Source of the DNA: the human T2T-CHM13v2.0 reference genome, Homo sapiens
Assembly: GCF_009914755.1 (NCBI RefSeq)
Contig: NC_060930.1
Length of the DNA: 64,000 nucleotides
Reading direction: 5' to 3' (one strand)
Shown here: one piece after another, positions 34,336 to 47,887 of the stretch
Position numbering within the stretch: the first letter of the stretch is position 1
How the letters are laid out: each line of letters starts with the position of its first letter
Translations under genes and position numbers: made by a program
Notes under the pieces: model-generated
Told to the model about the DNA's origin: nothing
Database searches by the model: none
What the model saw: the letters and a program-made list of their open reading frames with translations, nothing else

Positions 34336-34775
34336 CTGTTGACCTTGAACAACATGGGGTCAGGGTTGCTAGACCCCCTGCAGTCAAAACCTATGTGTAA
34401 CTTTTGACTCCCCCAAGCTTAATACTATAGCCTATTGTTGACCAGAAGCCTTATCAATAACATGAACGGTTGATTAACACATATTTTGTATCTTATATGT
34501 GTATGTTTTATATGGTGTATTTTTATAATAAAGTAAGCTGAAGAAAAAAATGTTATTAAGAAAATCACAAAGAAGAGAAAATATATTTGCTATTCGTTAA
34601 GTGGAAGCGGATCATCTTAAGGTCTTCTTCCTCATCGTCTTCATGTTGAGTAGGTTGAGGAGAAAGAGGAAGAAGAGGTATTAGTCTTTCTGTCTCAGAG
34701 ATGACTAAGGTGGAAGAAAATCTGCATACAAGTGAACCCATGCAGTTCAAACCTGTGTTGTTTAAGACTCAACTG
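34336..34775. mobile_element. Tigger2a/MER8-like DNA transposon
   Basis: TIRs ctgttgaccttgaacaacatggg ... cctgtgttgtttaagactcaactg. Confidence 0.75.
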
Positions 34776-34899
34776 AATATTACTTTGTAATGAGACACAC
34801 TGAAATTTATCATATGTTTATTACAGTGCAAGTACTAAAGTACCATTTATTTTCTTATATCTATCCTTGAATATACACCAAGCAGAGATAATCTTACGA

Positions 34900-35382
34900 A
34901 TAGTTTGGCAGCAGCAATAATGGTCCCCAAAAGATATCTATGCCTAAATACCCAGAACACATGGTATGTTAACTTACATAGCGAAAAAAACTTTGCAGAT
35001 GTGATTAAGTTAAATATTGTAGGGGGAGATTATCCTGGATAATTTGGGTTGGCCAATTATAATCATGGTAGTCCTTATAAGTGAAAAATGAGAGGCAATA
35101 AAGTCAGAATTAGAGAAAAATCTGAAGATGTTTTCTACTGGCTTTGAGGAAAGAAATCATAAGCCAAAGAATGATCATGGCCTCTAGAGGCCACAGAAAG
35201 CAAGAGAATTGATTCTTCTCTCAAGCCTCCAGCAGTATCTTAACCTCATCAACTTTTTGATTTTCATCCACTGAACCCATTTTAGACTTAGGATCTCCAG
35301 AACTGTAATATATTGAATGTGTGTTGTTTTAAGCTTCCAAGTGAGTGTTAAGTTGTTATAGCAGCGAAAGGAAACTAATACA
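34900..35382 (+). mobile_element. MLT1 (MaLR) solo LTR
   Basis: ctttgcagatgtgattaagttaa, gagattatcctggat, ctccagaactgtaa and terminal ggaaactaataca. Confidence 0.8.
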
Positions 35383-36080
35383 AATGTTTAAAAGTCATTA
35401 GGTTTCTATTAACAGTGAAGTTGCTATAATTTGATATGAGTGTTTCATGTTCTTTGATTCCTAGAGTTGAACGCTATAGTAATAACTGATTTTTGATTCA
35501 ACACAGTTATCTTATTGGTATTTTGTTCATCAAACGTGTACTCTGTGTAACAATTACTATATGGTATGTGTTACATTGGATGCTCACTACCTTCTGATTA
35601 TTGAACTAGTAATTTTTTATAATCAAAATCTTGTGGACTCTTCAATAATGTTTTTTCAATAAGTATGTTGAACTACAGGCAAATTTTCTAAGTTGCTTAG
35701 GTTTAACCAGCTGACACCACGTGGAAAATGGCAGAACATTAATGCAAACTCGTCTTTCTGACATCAACACTTGTATTATTTTACCACACTATTTACTGTC
35801 AGGCTCAATTTACCCTTTTATTTTTTCCAAATAGTTTGTTAGCATATTTTGCCTGTGCTTAGGGCTCTCTGTAAACCTGTGTAAACAAGCTTTGTAATAG
35901 CTATTGAAAGAAAGTTACCAAGAAGACAAGCAAGAGGAAGAGCTACCTTTTTGTCAGTGGACACTGTCTCTTCCTAATGGAGAGAAATTTTGCCCTCTGT
36001 GACTCTGAAGTACTCCAAAAAAATATGTGTTAAAAAAGCAGATATTCATAACATAATTTTTAGAACTTTGAGATAACTGA

Positions 36081-36500
36081 TGATACAGGCAGAAGGCAGC
36101 CAAATGCCGCCCAGGTCATTGTGCACAAGGGACTCGCCTAACATACCCATGGTGAAAAATTCCATCCCTTAACTTATGCTCAGTAAGGGAAATAAATCAA
36201 TGTGGAGTGGCTTAGACTAAGGGCCCGCATATGCACTGGGAGAATAAGTGGAGCCACCAGGAATTCTTGCTTTATGTTGGGGAGGAGCTGGGCCTTTTCA
36301 GCTTGTGTGTGGTGTTCCGGTATTCAGTTTTGTGAGGTGGAAAACCTGCGGGCAGGACCCCTCTCTTTTTTGAGAGTTTTCTTTTCACCTAATAAATCCA
36401 CTCTCCTAACCCTTCAATGTGTCTGCATGCCTAACTCTTCCTGGTCGTGAGACAAGAACCCAGATTTTAGCTGAACTAAGGTGCAAAAAATCCTGCATCA
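36081..36500 (+). mobile_element. ERV1 solo LTR (LTR9/MER61-like), 420 bp
   Basis: TG...CA termini (tgatacagg...cctgcatca), AATAAA at 36391 and 4-bp TSD CTGA at 36077-36080 and 36501-36504. Confidence 0.85.
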
Positions 36501-36931
36501 CTGACCATCTCTCAAAATATTGATAAATCAGTAGTATGTTCTAAACTAACAGTTCATTTTTAAGTTTTAGAAGCCAAGTTCATCATACAAATTTTTATTT
36601 AAAATGTGCCTTTTGACTCATGACCATAAAATCTATTCCTCCAAATTTCATGAAATTAATTTAGGCAGAATAACACCCCAAGGCCCAATTAGGTTTTACG
36701 ACTTTATTAATTTATCAGCACTTGTGAGTTATCCAATTGAATCAACATTGGATAGTAAGCATTTTACTTATTATTGATGTTAACTCAATAATTATTAATT
36801 GTGCAAATTAACAGCAACATCAGTTTTAATTTTAAAATACAGGCATAAATAATGACAAAATTACCTAGACATGAAAAGCCAAGGACAAATTTTTGTGAGT
36901 ATTGTTCCTCAATAAATTACCTTTGTGGAGT

Positions 36932-36937
36932 TTTATT
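36932..36937 (-). promoter_or_regulatory. AATAAA polyadenylation signal of the LEG1 paralog
   Basis: tttatt on the + strand at 36932-36937, 23 nt past the restored-frame stop codon. Confidence 0.6.
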
Positions 36938-36960
36938 TCATTATAGATTTCTAGAAGTGT

Positions 36961-37060
36961 TTAATTTGAAAAGTGAAGGATAAATTCCAAAATTGCTAGA
37001 AAAAGTTTTCTTGCAACTGTTAACTTCATTAAAGTTTTCCATATGGTGAGAACAATGTTT
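36961..37060 (-). pseudogene. LEG1 paralog terminal exon 6 coding remnant (1-nt frameshift)
   Basis: Acceptor ccatttttctAG. The spliced frame gives ETLFSPYGKL*. With one base restored after ETL it reads LTIWKTLMKLTVARKLFLAILEFILHFSN-TAA (36963-36961), a LEG1-family-like C-terminal helix. Confidence 0.8.
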
Positions 37061-39195
37061 CTAGAAAAATGGTAAATTTATTTAAATGTTGTAGGAAAAA
37101 TTTCTATTTTGATCCCAAATGTTGAAATTGTTTACAACAAAATTCAACGTAATTAGTATCAAATTAATATATATTCATATACATTCTGTAATAAAACATA
37201 AAGTGTTTTGCTCTTTTAAATTATATATTATGCCTTAAAATTCAAATTGATGAGATTCATACGTAACTAAAAGGAACAAAAGATGATAAATACAGTGATG
37301 ATTAAATAAAAGAAAACCTGTAAACAATGAAGTGCCCTTTTTTCACATTTTAGATTGTTGCAAATTAAGATAACTGTGTGCAAGTTAGTTTGCTAATACT
37401 ATTTTTTGATATCTATGTAGATGTATAAATCTTAATATACAGTTTGCATTGTTTTGTCATTTGTTTTTGTTTTGTCAAGCACATAAACTATAGCATAGTC
37501 TTTAATTGCCACTTGGCAATACCTGATCCATGAACTCATTTTTAGTATTTTACTGTGTCATTATTCCAACAAGTTAAGCTAACAAAAGTACACATTAAAT
37601 GACAATTTCCATTGCCTCAAAGTGGAAAAATATAAGTCCATTCAATAGAAAGTTATGTATCATTTATGAGAATGATATGTGTAAATATTTGCCAACTTAC
37701 TAATATCTCAAAGATACATGGTTAATGAAAAAATTATAGCACAGAGCAGTGCCATATATATAATTTATTTTATGCAAACACAAAAGTTTTTATCAAATTA
37801 TTTATCCTCTTATTTACGTTCATTAATGCATATAAGATTTTTTGTAAGAGTGAGCCCAAAACATAAAAAATATTTATTAGTCAAGAATCAACGTATGAAG
37901 GTTAGGAGGTGATGACGGAGATGGTAAGTTTTATTTGCATTTAATAACTTTCTGTAGCAATTAAATTTGTGGTATCATATATAGAATATATTTTTGAAAT
38001 AAGTAAACTTATAGTCATAAAATGAAATGTTATTAAAATACGGGGAAAAAGTATTTAGTAATGGTATGAATTTTGAGTAGAAGAAGTGAGGGTGGATTGA
38101 TCCGTCAATCTGTAAGAAGGAAAGATACAGAATTCTCGAGCACTTCTGGTCCTGGGGCCTTTAAAAGATGGGCTCCCTCCTTCAACCGCTCTAACTCCAT
38201 TTATGTTTTGCAGGTGGCATGCAATAGTGAAGCTGTGAAGACTGGTGGAACCACAAATAGAAGGGTCCTAAGTCCCAGAATTACCATGGAAGAAAGTCTC
38301 CTGCAAATTGGGTAAACATCATGCATAATTATGTGAGCCAGGAAAAGAATCCTAATGAGTTATGCCATTAACATTTGAAGGTTTATTTATTAAAACAGCA
38401 AATTTTGCGCTAAGTAATACACACAACTGTTAAATTTAATGTACAATATATTCATTTTAATTTTGACTCATACCTTATTTCTAAATTTTGCTTTAGGGAA
38501 TAGAAATTATACACATGCACACATACCACATACACACACATATTTTATTCCCTCAATAGAGAAAGGAGTGAATGATATCTGGAGAATCTAATGAAAGTAA
38601 CTTTCAAGTTTATTATTATGTTCTTTCTTTTGTGTTTTCTATAAATAATTTGTAAATTTTGGAGAAATGTAACCTTTTCTAAGACCAGAATTTTGAGGGT
38701 TTTTTATTTTTGTTTTTATGCGTGCAATCAGGAGAACTGGATGAGGAAAGTCACAAAACAGAATTTATTGTGTGGTTCTGTTAGTCATGGGGAGTGTCAT
38801 TGTTTTGCTTATTATATTTTTCATTTAAAAATAAGGAATGAAGTAGAATAAAATAAAATAAAACTTGTCCAGGAAAGAAGTAAAAATTCCCATTATCTCT
38901 TTGCCAGATTAACATGCTGTGATATTGATCAGCTGTATTTGCACAAGAACCCTGTAGAAAAGTACATGCCAAGTCAGGAAGGGTCTATACTATAAGCCCA
39001 TTATATGAAACCTATCATAAACCCGCAAGAATTATTGTTAAAACCTTGAAACAGATAACTATAGGAACTTAACATTTCCTTCTTTAAACAGCCTATCATA
39101 ATAATTTATAATTCTGATTCCAAGGCTATCCCGTCAGCTAAGATATCAACACAACATATAGAATTTACAGAAAATAAATTATCTGTGTCTCTTAC

Positions 39196-39434
39196 CTGTA
39201 TGCTTATGCACTTTGTGCAGGAAATTTACAGCAAGCAAGACTATGTTCTGAAAGTTGGAAAAGTCACCGATGAAGTGGGCTTTATCTCCACTAACAAGTA
39301 TTCGTGGTGCCAGGTCCTTCTGGAATTCATTCATTCTAATCAAAGTTGTAGGAAAGCGTGTTGGAGCTAAATAATCCACAGATAAAACCCAGTTTCTTTT
39401 ACGATCTGCTTCTTGCTTAAAATAATATTTTAAC
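39196..39434 (-). pseudogene. LEG1 paralog exon 5 (239 nt, open frame)
   Basis: catttctattAG/ ... /GTAAGA. Reads LKYYFKQEADRKRNWVLSVDYLAPTRFPTTLIRMNEFQKDLAPRILVSGDKAHFIGDFSNFQNIVLLAVNFLHKVHKHT and aligns without gaps to 5013-5251. Confidence 0.95.
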
Positions 39435-40429
39435 CTAATAGAAATGTAGGGTAAAAGTATGCATTTAAAATTAGTCTACTCAGAGTTTTGCCAATTCAAT
39501 TTTCAAAACGGATAATCTGTCCAAAAGCTACCTTATTCTACTTTTTAGAATACAAATTGTATAAACTTGCTGTTGATTTTAGCCCCTAGGTTTGAAAATG
39601 TGAAGAGACATTACTAGAATTTTAAACTTGGAAATTACCATCCCAGAAATTTTGTAATTTTTAGCCAAATGTTTTTCCCTTTTCAAGCATGTTATCCTTG
39701 CATGTACTCTGAAATGTGACCAAATACTATTTTAAAATGTGAAGATGAAGATCAAAGGTGATGAGGCAAAACTTCTGCTGGATTTGGACATCTCTTGAAG
39801 AAGAGATGATTTTTATGTCAGGTGACCACTGAAAATGAAATAAATTAGAATAGCTTTTCTTGATTTTTAGGTGGTTTGGTATTTTTTTCCTCATGAATTA
39901 TGCTAGAAAGCCAGCTCCTCTCATCTTATTGAGGAATAAATTTTAATTTTATGTTTGTAGTGAACAGTTTTACATCTATACAATCTGCACCACCTGTTCC
40001 AATCAATCTTCTGAGCATGTAAACAGCTTGCTGTTTTGCAGCATGCTTGTTCCCTCCAAAATGATTTCCATCTCTCATTTTGCTCATTATGTCCTATGTC
40101 CTTCAAGGCCTATTATGGAAATTATATGGTTTGTTAGACTTCCCTTGGTGTTACTCTACGTATTACAGACATAGGGGGCTAGTTGTTATTGATTCAAAAA
40201 GCAATTAGAACATATCCTCTGGTCAACACTGTGAAAGAAACACACTTGTATATATGTGGTTCCCATGGAGTTATGGGAGTACAGAGTATGAAATTATGAA
40301 GCCTGTCCTGGATTACAGAAAAATTGGTTAGAACTTCACACTCTTATCAAAGCATCATAACCAATTCTTAGGTTTAAGAAAGAGAAGATTTGAGGAACAA
40401 AATATAAAAAATAAAAACAGTTGTTACTG

Positions 40430-43400
40430 TCTTTTAAACTTTAGCCATTCTAGTGGTTGTAAAGTAGTAGCTCATTGTGGTTTTGATTTATATGTCCTTA
40501 ATGACTAATGATTTCGACCAATGATTTTGAATATCTATGTACTTACTGGCCATTTGCATATCTTCTTTGGAGAAATACTTGTTCAAATCTCCTTTTTCTA
40601 TTTAAATTTTTTTATATCACTGAGTTGTAAGAGTTTTAAAATATATTTTAAATACAAGTCCCTTATCAGATATATGATTTGTAAATATTTTCTCCCATCC
40701 TGTGTACTATCCTTAACTTTTTCAATAGTAACTTTTGCAGCACCAAATTTTTAAACACTTCATGAAGTTCATTCTATTTTTTTGTCCTTTGTGCTTTTAG
40801 TGTCACATCTTAGAAAAAACATGTCTAACCCTAAGTCAAAAAATTTTTTCTAAAAGTTTTATAGTTCTAGCTCTAACATTTAGGTTTATAATGCATTTTA
40901 AGTTAATTTTGTTGTGTCGTAGAAGACAAACTTCATTCATTAGCATATGGATTTTTAGAAGACTAATCCATTTCCATTAAAGACTAATCTTACCCACTGA
41001 ATTGTCTTGCCCCCTTGTTAAAAATCAAGTGACCACAAATCTAAGCGTTTATATCTGGTCTCTCAATTTTATTCCATTAATCTATGTCTCTATTATTATG
41101 CCCTTACCACAGTTGATTACTTGTATGTCTTGATTACTGTAGTTTTGTACTAAGAGATTAATAGGGATTGCATAGAATCTGTGGATCAATTTAGGGAGAA
41201 TTTCCAACTTAACAATATTAAGTCTTCCAATCCATGAACACAGAAAGTCTTCCACTTTAAATGGATCTGTAATTTCTTTCAACAATATCTCATATTTTTT
41301 CAGGGTATCTAAGTTTTGAATTTCTTTCTGTTAAATTTATTCCTGTGATTTTTTTCCTCTTGATACTGTTAAAAATGTATCCGTTTTCTTAGTTTTATTT
41401 TAGAATTTTTTTTTCATTGTAGTGTATAGAAATACAATTGATTTCTGTATGTTGATCTTTCATTCTGCTGGGTCAATGAACTCATTTATTAACTCCAATA
41501 GTTTTTTAGTGGATTTCTTTGAGAAACAGAGAAAGTATTATTTTATCTTTTCCAACTTGGATGCTTTTTTATCTTTTCTTACCTAATCTCCCTCAGTAGA
41601 CCCTTCCATACAATGCTGAGTGGCAACAGTGGAGAATCTTGTCTTGTTTCTCATCTTACAGGGGAAAAATTCAGTGTTGCACCCTTATCATTGTTAGCTG
41701 GGGCTTTCTACATGCCCTTTATCAAGGTGAGACACTGCTCTATTCCTACGTTTTTGAGTGTTTTTGTTTTTTAATCATAAAAATGTGTTGGGTTTTGTCA
41801 AAGGCTTTTGCCGTGTCTACGTGATGATCATGTGGTTTTCGTGCTTTATTCTTTTAATATGTATACTATACATATTGATTATCAGATGCTAAACCAACAT
41901 GCATTCTTGGAATGAATCCTATTGGTGATGGTTTATAATCATTTTTATATATAGTTTGATTCTGTTTACCAATATTGTGTTGAGAGTTTTTACATCTATA
42001 TTCACAAGAAATGTAGGTCTGTAGAATTTTTTTCTTGTGATGCCTTTGTCTTATTTTGATATGATATTTGGTATAATGTTACCATTTTGCTATTTGTTCT
42101 TTTGTCTTATGTCTTTGCTTCTATTTTCCTTTGTTACTGCCTTCTTTTGTGGTAAACAAATACTTTCTAGTGTAACTTTTTAATTACCTTGTGGTTTATT
42201 TTACTATATACATTTTAGTCTGCTTTGCTATTGCTCTTAGCTGATGGGATTACAACTACCACCTCAACTTGAAACAACGTATTTCAGATTAATACCAACT
42301 TCTTTCAATAGTTTACATAAACCTTGCTACAATATAGTACCACTCCTGTTTCTCTCTCGTGCTATTATAGTCATGCTAATTACATCGTTCTACATTATAA
42401 ACCCATCAGAACAATTTTATAATTATTGCTTTATGCAGTTGTATTTCAAATAAAATAGAGAAGAAAAGTGACATGATACTATATATTTACAATCTATTTT
42501 ATATTTACCTATGTAACTCCTTTGTTAGTAGTTTATTTCATCATGTGAATTTGAGTTACCATTTAGCGTTCTTTCATTTCAGCCTGAAAAACATCTTTTA
42601 TTATTTCTTGAAAGTATGTCTGCTAATAAATTCTTTCAGTATTTGTTCATCTGCAAATATCTTAATTTCTCCATTTTTAAAGAATAGTTTTACAGGATAT
42701 ATAATTCTTCATTGACAGTCTTTTCCTTACAGCACTTCCAGTAGGTCTCCTGGCTTCCATGGTTTCTGATGAGAAATCAACTCCTAAACTTACTGAGGAT
42801 TCCTTGTACATGAGGGTCATTTTTCTCTTTCTGCTTATCAGATTCTCTCTTTGTCTTTGGACACTTTGACTACAATTTGTCTAAGTGTGGCTCTTGTTGA
42901 GTTTATCTTATTTAGAGTTCACTGAGCTTCTTGGATATATAGATTAATGTTTCTAAATTAAGTTTGAAAAGTTTCTTGCTATTTTTTTTCAAATATTATT
43001 TCTTCCCTTTTTTCTCTACCCTTACTTCTGGGAATCTCATTATGTATATCTCATATGCTTGATGATTTCTTATGGATCTGTGAAACTCTGTTTATTTTTC
43101 GTCATTCTTTTTTTCTTTCTGTGTCTCTAACTGTATAATCTCAATTTACCTTTATTCAAGTTCAGTGATTCTTTTCTCCTGCTAGCTTAAATCTGCTTTT
43201 GCGTATCACCCCCTTGGATTATTCATTTAGCTATTACACTTTTCAATTTCTGAATTTCTATTTTTTTCTATAGATTATATCTGTTTAATGATATTCTCTA
43301 TCTGGTAAGATGTTGTAAGTTTTCATGCTTTTTTTCTAATTCCTTAGACATGGTTTCTTTTCTTTCTTTCTTTTTTTTAAAAGCATTTTTAGTCATGGTA

Positions 43401-43598
43401 TCTTGTTATATTGCCCAGGTTGGCCTCAAACTCCTAGGCTCATGTGATTCTCCTGCCTCAGGTTCCTGAGGCAGGGATTACAGGCATGAACTATTACACC
43501 CAAGCTATTTCTATATGTATGTTCATATTAGCAAATTTAAAAATTTTATCTAGTAAGTCCATCATCTGGTCCCACTCAGGAAAACTTTCAATTGACTA

Positions 43599-43629
<31 letters not shown>

Positions 43630-44620
43630 CTCGCGCGCGCGCACGCGCACACACACACATACACGTGTGCAAAATAGTTTTCCAGTTCTTCACGTTTCTT
43701 TTATCTTTTTCCTAACACTTCCCATTTCATTTCATTTCAGAAAATATAAAGTAGCAACTCTGAAAATCAGATACTCCCTCTCACCAGGATTTGTTGCTTG
43801 GTTCATTTGTCATTGTTTGCTTAGTAACTTAGTAACTTGCCTGGACTACTTCTACATATGCACTGTATATGGCCTTCAAGGCCTTTTGCATCCTTGCCTT
43901 AGCCTTTACTTTTCACTTGTTCAGGGCCTCAAGGTCAGCCAGAGGTGGGAGATTTGAGCTTTCTCAGTTCTTGCCTAGCTTTGTCCACAGTCCTGCTCAT
44001 GTGAGTGGCCTAATAGATCCCCAGGAATATTTCAGAGCTTTCCAAGTTCTCTATGGACATATTATATCACAGATTGCCCTTTTAAGCTTTTAGCTCATCT
44101 CTTGTTTCCCCCAGCCGCTATGGCAGTCTCAGGTAGCTGAGGTTTAAAAAAAATTGATGCTAATTGTATCTTTTTACAAATACCTTGGGTATAAGGGTTT
44201 TCCCACAGAATGAGTAGTTCAAATAACTACCACATCCTGAGAAGGGAATTCTTCTGGGTAGCTGTAAGACAGGTTAAAAAGTGACTCTAAATTGCTTACA
44301 GATAGGGCTTTTAAAGAAGCTCCAAACACAAATATGCCCTTTTGATGGCTGCAAAGCTACAGGAGTTGCAAGGAGCTGGTTTTCAAGGCTATTGCAGAGC
44401 TGGGTAAAGTGGAGTGAGATAAGCCAACTTAAAATACCACAGACCATGTTCTTACCTACATTCATCATTTCTTTGAATAAACGTTTTTGACAGTTTTTGA
44501 TTGATATAAACCATTGGCTAATTCCAATAATTATTAAAATGTTTATTTTGATAATTTTTGTTAGTGCTTTGTTGCTTTTATGGAAGAGTGAATTTAGGGA
44601 TATCCCCACTCTGCTATTAT
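40430..44620 (-). mobile_element. Fragmented ancient L1M elements within paralog intron 4
   Basis: T-rich, with an ORF2-like peptide on the minus strand (CSWIGRLNIVKLEILPKLIHRFYAIPI, 41082-41285). Includes an Alu monomer remnant at about 43360-43505. Confidence 0.7.
43599..43670. repeat. Compound (GT)n(GC)n(AC)n microsatellite
   Basis: Near-continuous purine/pyrimidine alternation, self-complementary. Confidence 0.95.
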
Positions 44621-46177
44621 GGAAGCACCAACCAGATTAAAAAAATATATTAATAGATGAAGAAATGGAATCACAAGAAACAATTATCCAATTTTCTATA
44701 ATATGCCAATCCAGGATCTAAGACTAGATGTTCTGGTTCCAGAGTCTTATACTTAACTGCTACCTTATTTCCTCTTAAAATAATAGAAGCTATTTTGTAT
44801 TGATTTCTTATTATACTGTAGGTGTTATGTTATAAATGCTATATATATTGCTCAAAACAACCTCACAAGTTAGGTGCTGCTAGTATTCCCATTTTACAAC
44901 TGGAAAACTAATAAGAGATTTCACATGTCCGATAATTCAAGATTCATTATGCAGATTTGCCTGACCCTTAATGGAAATAATCTTAAATTCTATAAAATTA
45001 TTTTATATCAAAGAATGATTAATATTTTAATAAATATCCATATAAGGCCTTCTAAGATTATAAACCACAATACTCATTATCAGGATTTTGATATTTTTAT
45101 AGTATTAACATGCAAAATACCTTCCTTCCATTAAGGGATACCTTTGGAAGGATTCTCCTTGTCAGGACAACTGTTTTTCAGTGAAGTAAAATTCTGGTGA
45201 TATTTTAAGCAAAACTAATACTAAATAACTTCATACACTTATTCATATTTCAAAAATATTACTATTACATAAATTTTAGTATATATTCTTAAGTATGAAA
45301 ATGACAGAGGATCTTTCATGTAAAGTTGGGCATTTGAATACACGCATTTCTTTTTTCCCCCTTACCATATCAGAAGCAATAATACTGTGAGTACATTTGG
45401 AGAGGCAGCTATAACATTTTGGAAATCAAACGGATGAGTAGCAAAGGATTTAGCAGATCCAAGAAGTCTGAATCCTAAACTAGCAATGGGGAAAGCTAAC
45501 ACTGTATACTGTGTAGAATTCTCCCAACAATTGTGTGTTTGATTACAAGCACTTCTGGAAATTGGAGTGAAAGGTTTATTCCTGAAAACGGGAACTGTTG
45601 CTTGAAAGGCTGATAAAGAAATAGGCAGATTCAAAGATTACCTCTGATCCTTCACACAGTGATGAGTTAATTATCGACAAGACAAAGGAGAGAGTTTCTG
45701 AACTCTAGTAAACTGAGCGCAAATGAAGGCAACAGTACACCATGCTGAAAACAGAGATCTTAAGTGAAGACCTGCATACTGGATACTCAGACCTCCAATA
45801 TTCTTCTCTCACTAGACTCTTAAAATGCTGCAAGCCACGCCTTCTCTCTTGAAGCATAACATGGAAAATTTCTGGTAAATTCAACCAGCTTGAGAAGATA
45901 GGCATACACTTAATAAAACAGGAATTAACCAATTAAATTGCCCAGTCATGTGCTCTGCTGTACAGCAGTAAGCAAGCATTAGTCATATCCACAGAGTTTC
46001 AAATTAGCTCCTTACTGCCCCAATTTTAAATACCTATATATGACAAAGATTACAAGGTAGTTAAGAATGGTATCTTGAATAAGAGATACCATGAATAAGA
46101 CAAATTACACAAAGCAAATGAAAAAGCCACTTAGAATATACTGTAGGATAAGCAACCGTGTTTAATATTATAATATT

Positions 46178-46368
46178 GGCCGTGTGCAGTGGCTCATGCC
46201 TGTAATCCCAGCACTTTGGGAGGCCGAGGTGGGTGGATCACGAGGTCAGGAGTTCAAGACAAGCCTGGCCAAGATGGTGAAACCCCGTCTCTACTAAAAA
46301 TACAAAAATTACACTGCACTCCAGCCTGGGTGACAGAGCGAGACTCCGTCTCAAAAAAAAAAAAAAAA
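46178..46368 (+). mobile_element. AluS with most of the right monomer deleted
   Basis: Left monomer and linker join directly at 46311/46312 to cactgcactccagcctggg...polyA. Confidence 0.9.
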
Positions 46369-47887
46369 TTCTAATATTCGCAGAGAGGTGAGAAAATTTA
46401 TTGCAAAGAAAAAGCAGTGAGAAGATACAATAAGAGGATTCATTGAAGATCAACTTCGTTTATCTTAACTCAATGAAATCATAGAAATAGTATAGTAAGT
46501 AACCCTCAGCAAAGAGATTAGAAGACAAAGTGGAGGAAATTAGATAGGAAGTGCAAAAAGCAAAAATGTGGAAAATAAGATAAATAAAAACTATAAAAAT
46601 TAGATCTATTGTGCAGGAGATTCAACATAGAAATAATAGGAATTCCAATAATGAAACAGAGATAATGGAGTTTTAGATAGACTATGTGCTCCACAAAATG
46701 AATGAAAAATAACATAGCAAGTCACAACTGCTTGAAATTTAAGAAACTTTGTGGAAAAAAGCACCTTACAATATTTCAGAAAGATAAAAATTATACCCAA
46801 ACATTATGATCAACATACAGAATAATTCAGACTTTGGAGCTCAAAGAGACTGTCTCTGACCCTTTTGGTAGGAAGCAATAAATTCAGTGTTGACTTTTTA
46901 TTTTATAAAACTAAAACAGTTTTATTATGGAAAAGTTGCTATTTTCTAAAGAAGTTTAGTTTTGTATGTGACTGGGAAAATCCACAAATGAAAAAACAGT
47001 ATTTTTGAAACTATTTTCTATGATTCTAATGACTTGCTCTCAGTTGCCATCTTGATGTTGACAATTCTCACTCTACCAATAAGTTGTTATGATGGTTATG
47101 ATCCTAATTTATCAGACAGATATACCAAGGGGATGAACTCTTCCATCATCTCATAAAAATATCAGGCCGTGAAGCAACATAAAGAGAGAAAACATGCAAG
47201 GCAATGTGTCTCCCGTCTCTGATTTATTCATCTCAATTGGATATGAGGTCAGTGGGAAATATAACAGTAGATATTTAACAAGAACTCTTCAAAAATATAT
47301 GCCTCTGTTTATATATGTTTTTAAACGAGTCACCCATTCTTTCTTTCTTTCTACCCCATGTCTCACTCTGGATGGCAGAGTTGTATTTACTACATTCATT
47401 ATAAAACACAGAGTATTTTGACATTGTTTTTATCTATCTGGTGTAATAAAAAAGATGTGTCCTAAATATTTTCTTCCAAATATGTGGTAAACAAACCGTA
47501 TTCTTTGATAAAAATGATGTAGAGATCCTGTATTACTTGTCACTACATCCTTTTGGTTTACGGACATGCCAGTTCATGTTAAGACATATCTTTAAAAAAA
47601 AAACCCTCTCCTTCTTCTTCTGGTTAAATTTTGTTTGATTGTTTTTAATTTTTCTACGCTTCATGGTACAAACCTATTTTTCACATTTTTACCTGCCTAC
47701 TTAAAAAATATGTTTTGAACTTTATCCAGTAAAACGTTTTCTTGTCAGTTTTCCTTTTATCATAGTACTGCCCATGGTTGACATCTTGGTAAATAAGTAA
47801 ATTGAAAAAGATTTCAATAGAAAACATAGCATATGATGGAAAGATTGTTACCACATTGAAACAAAATCACTTTGGGCTTATTCTTAC

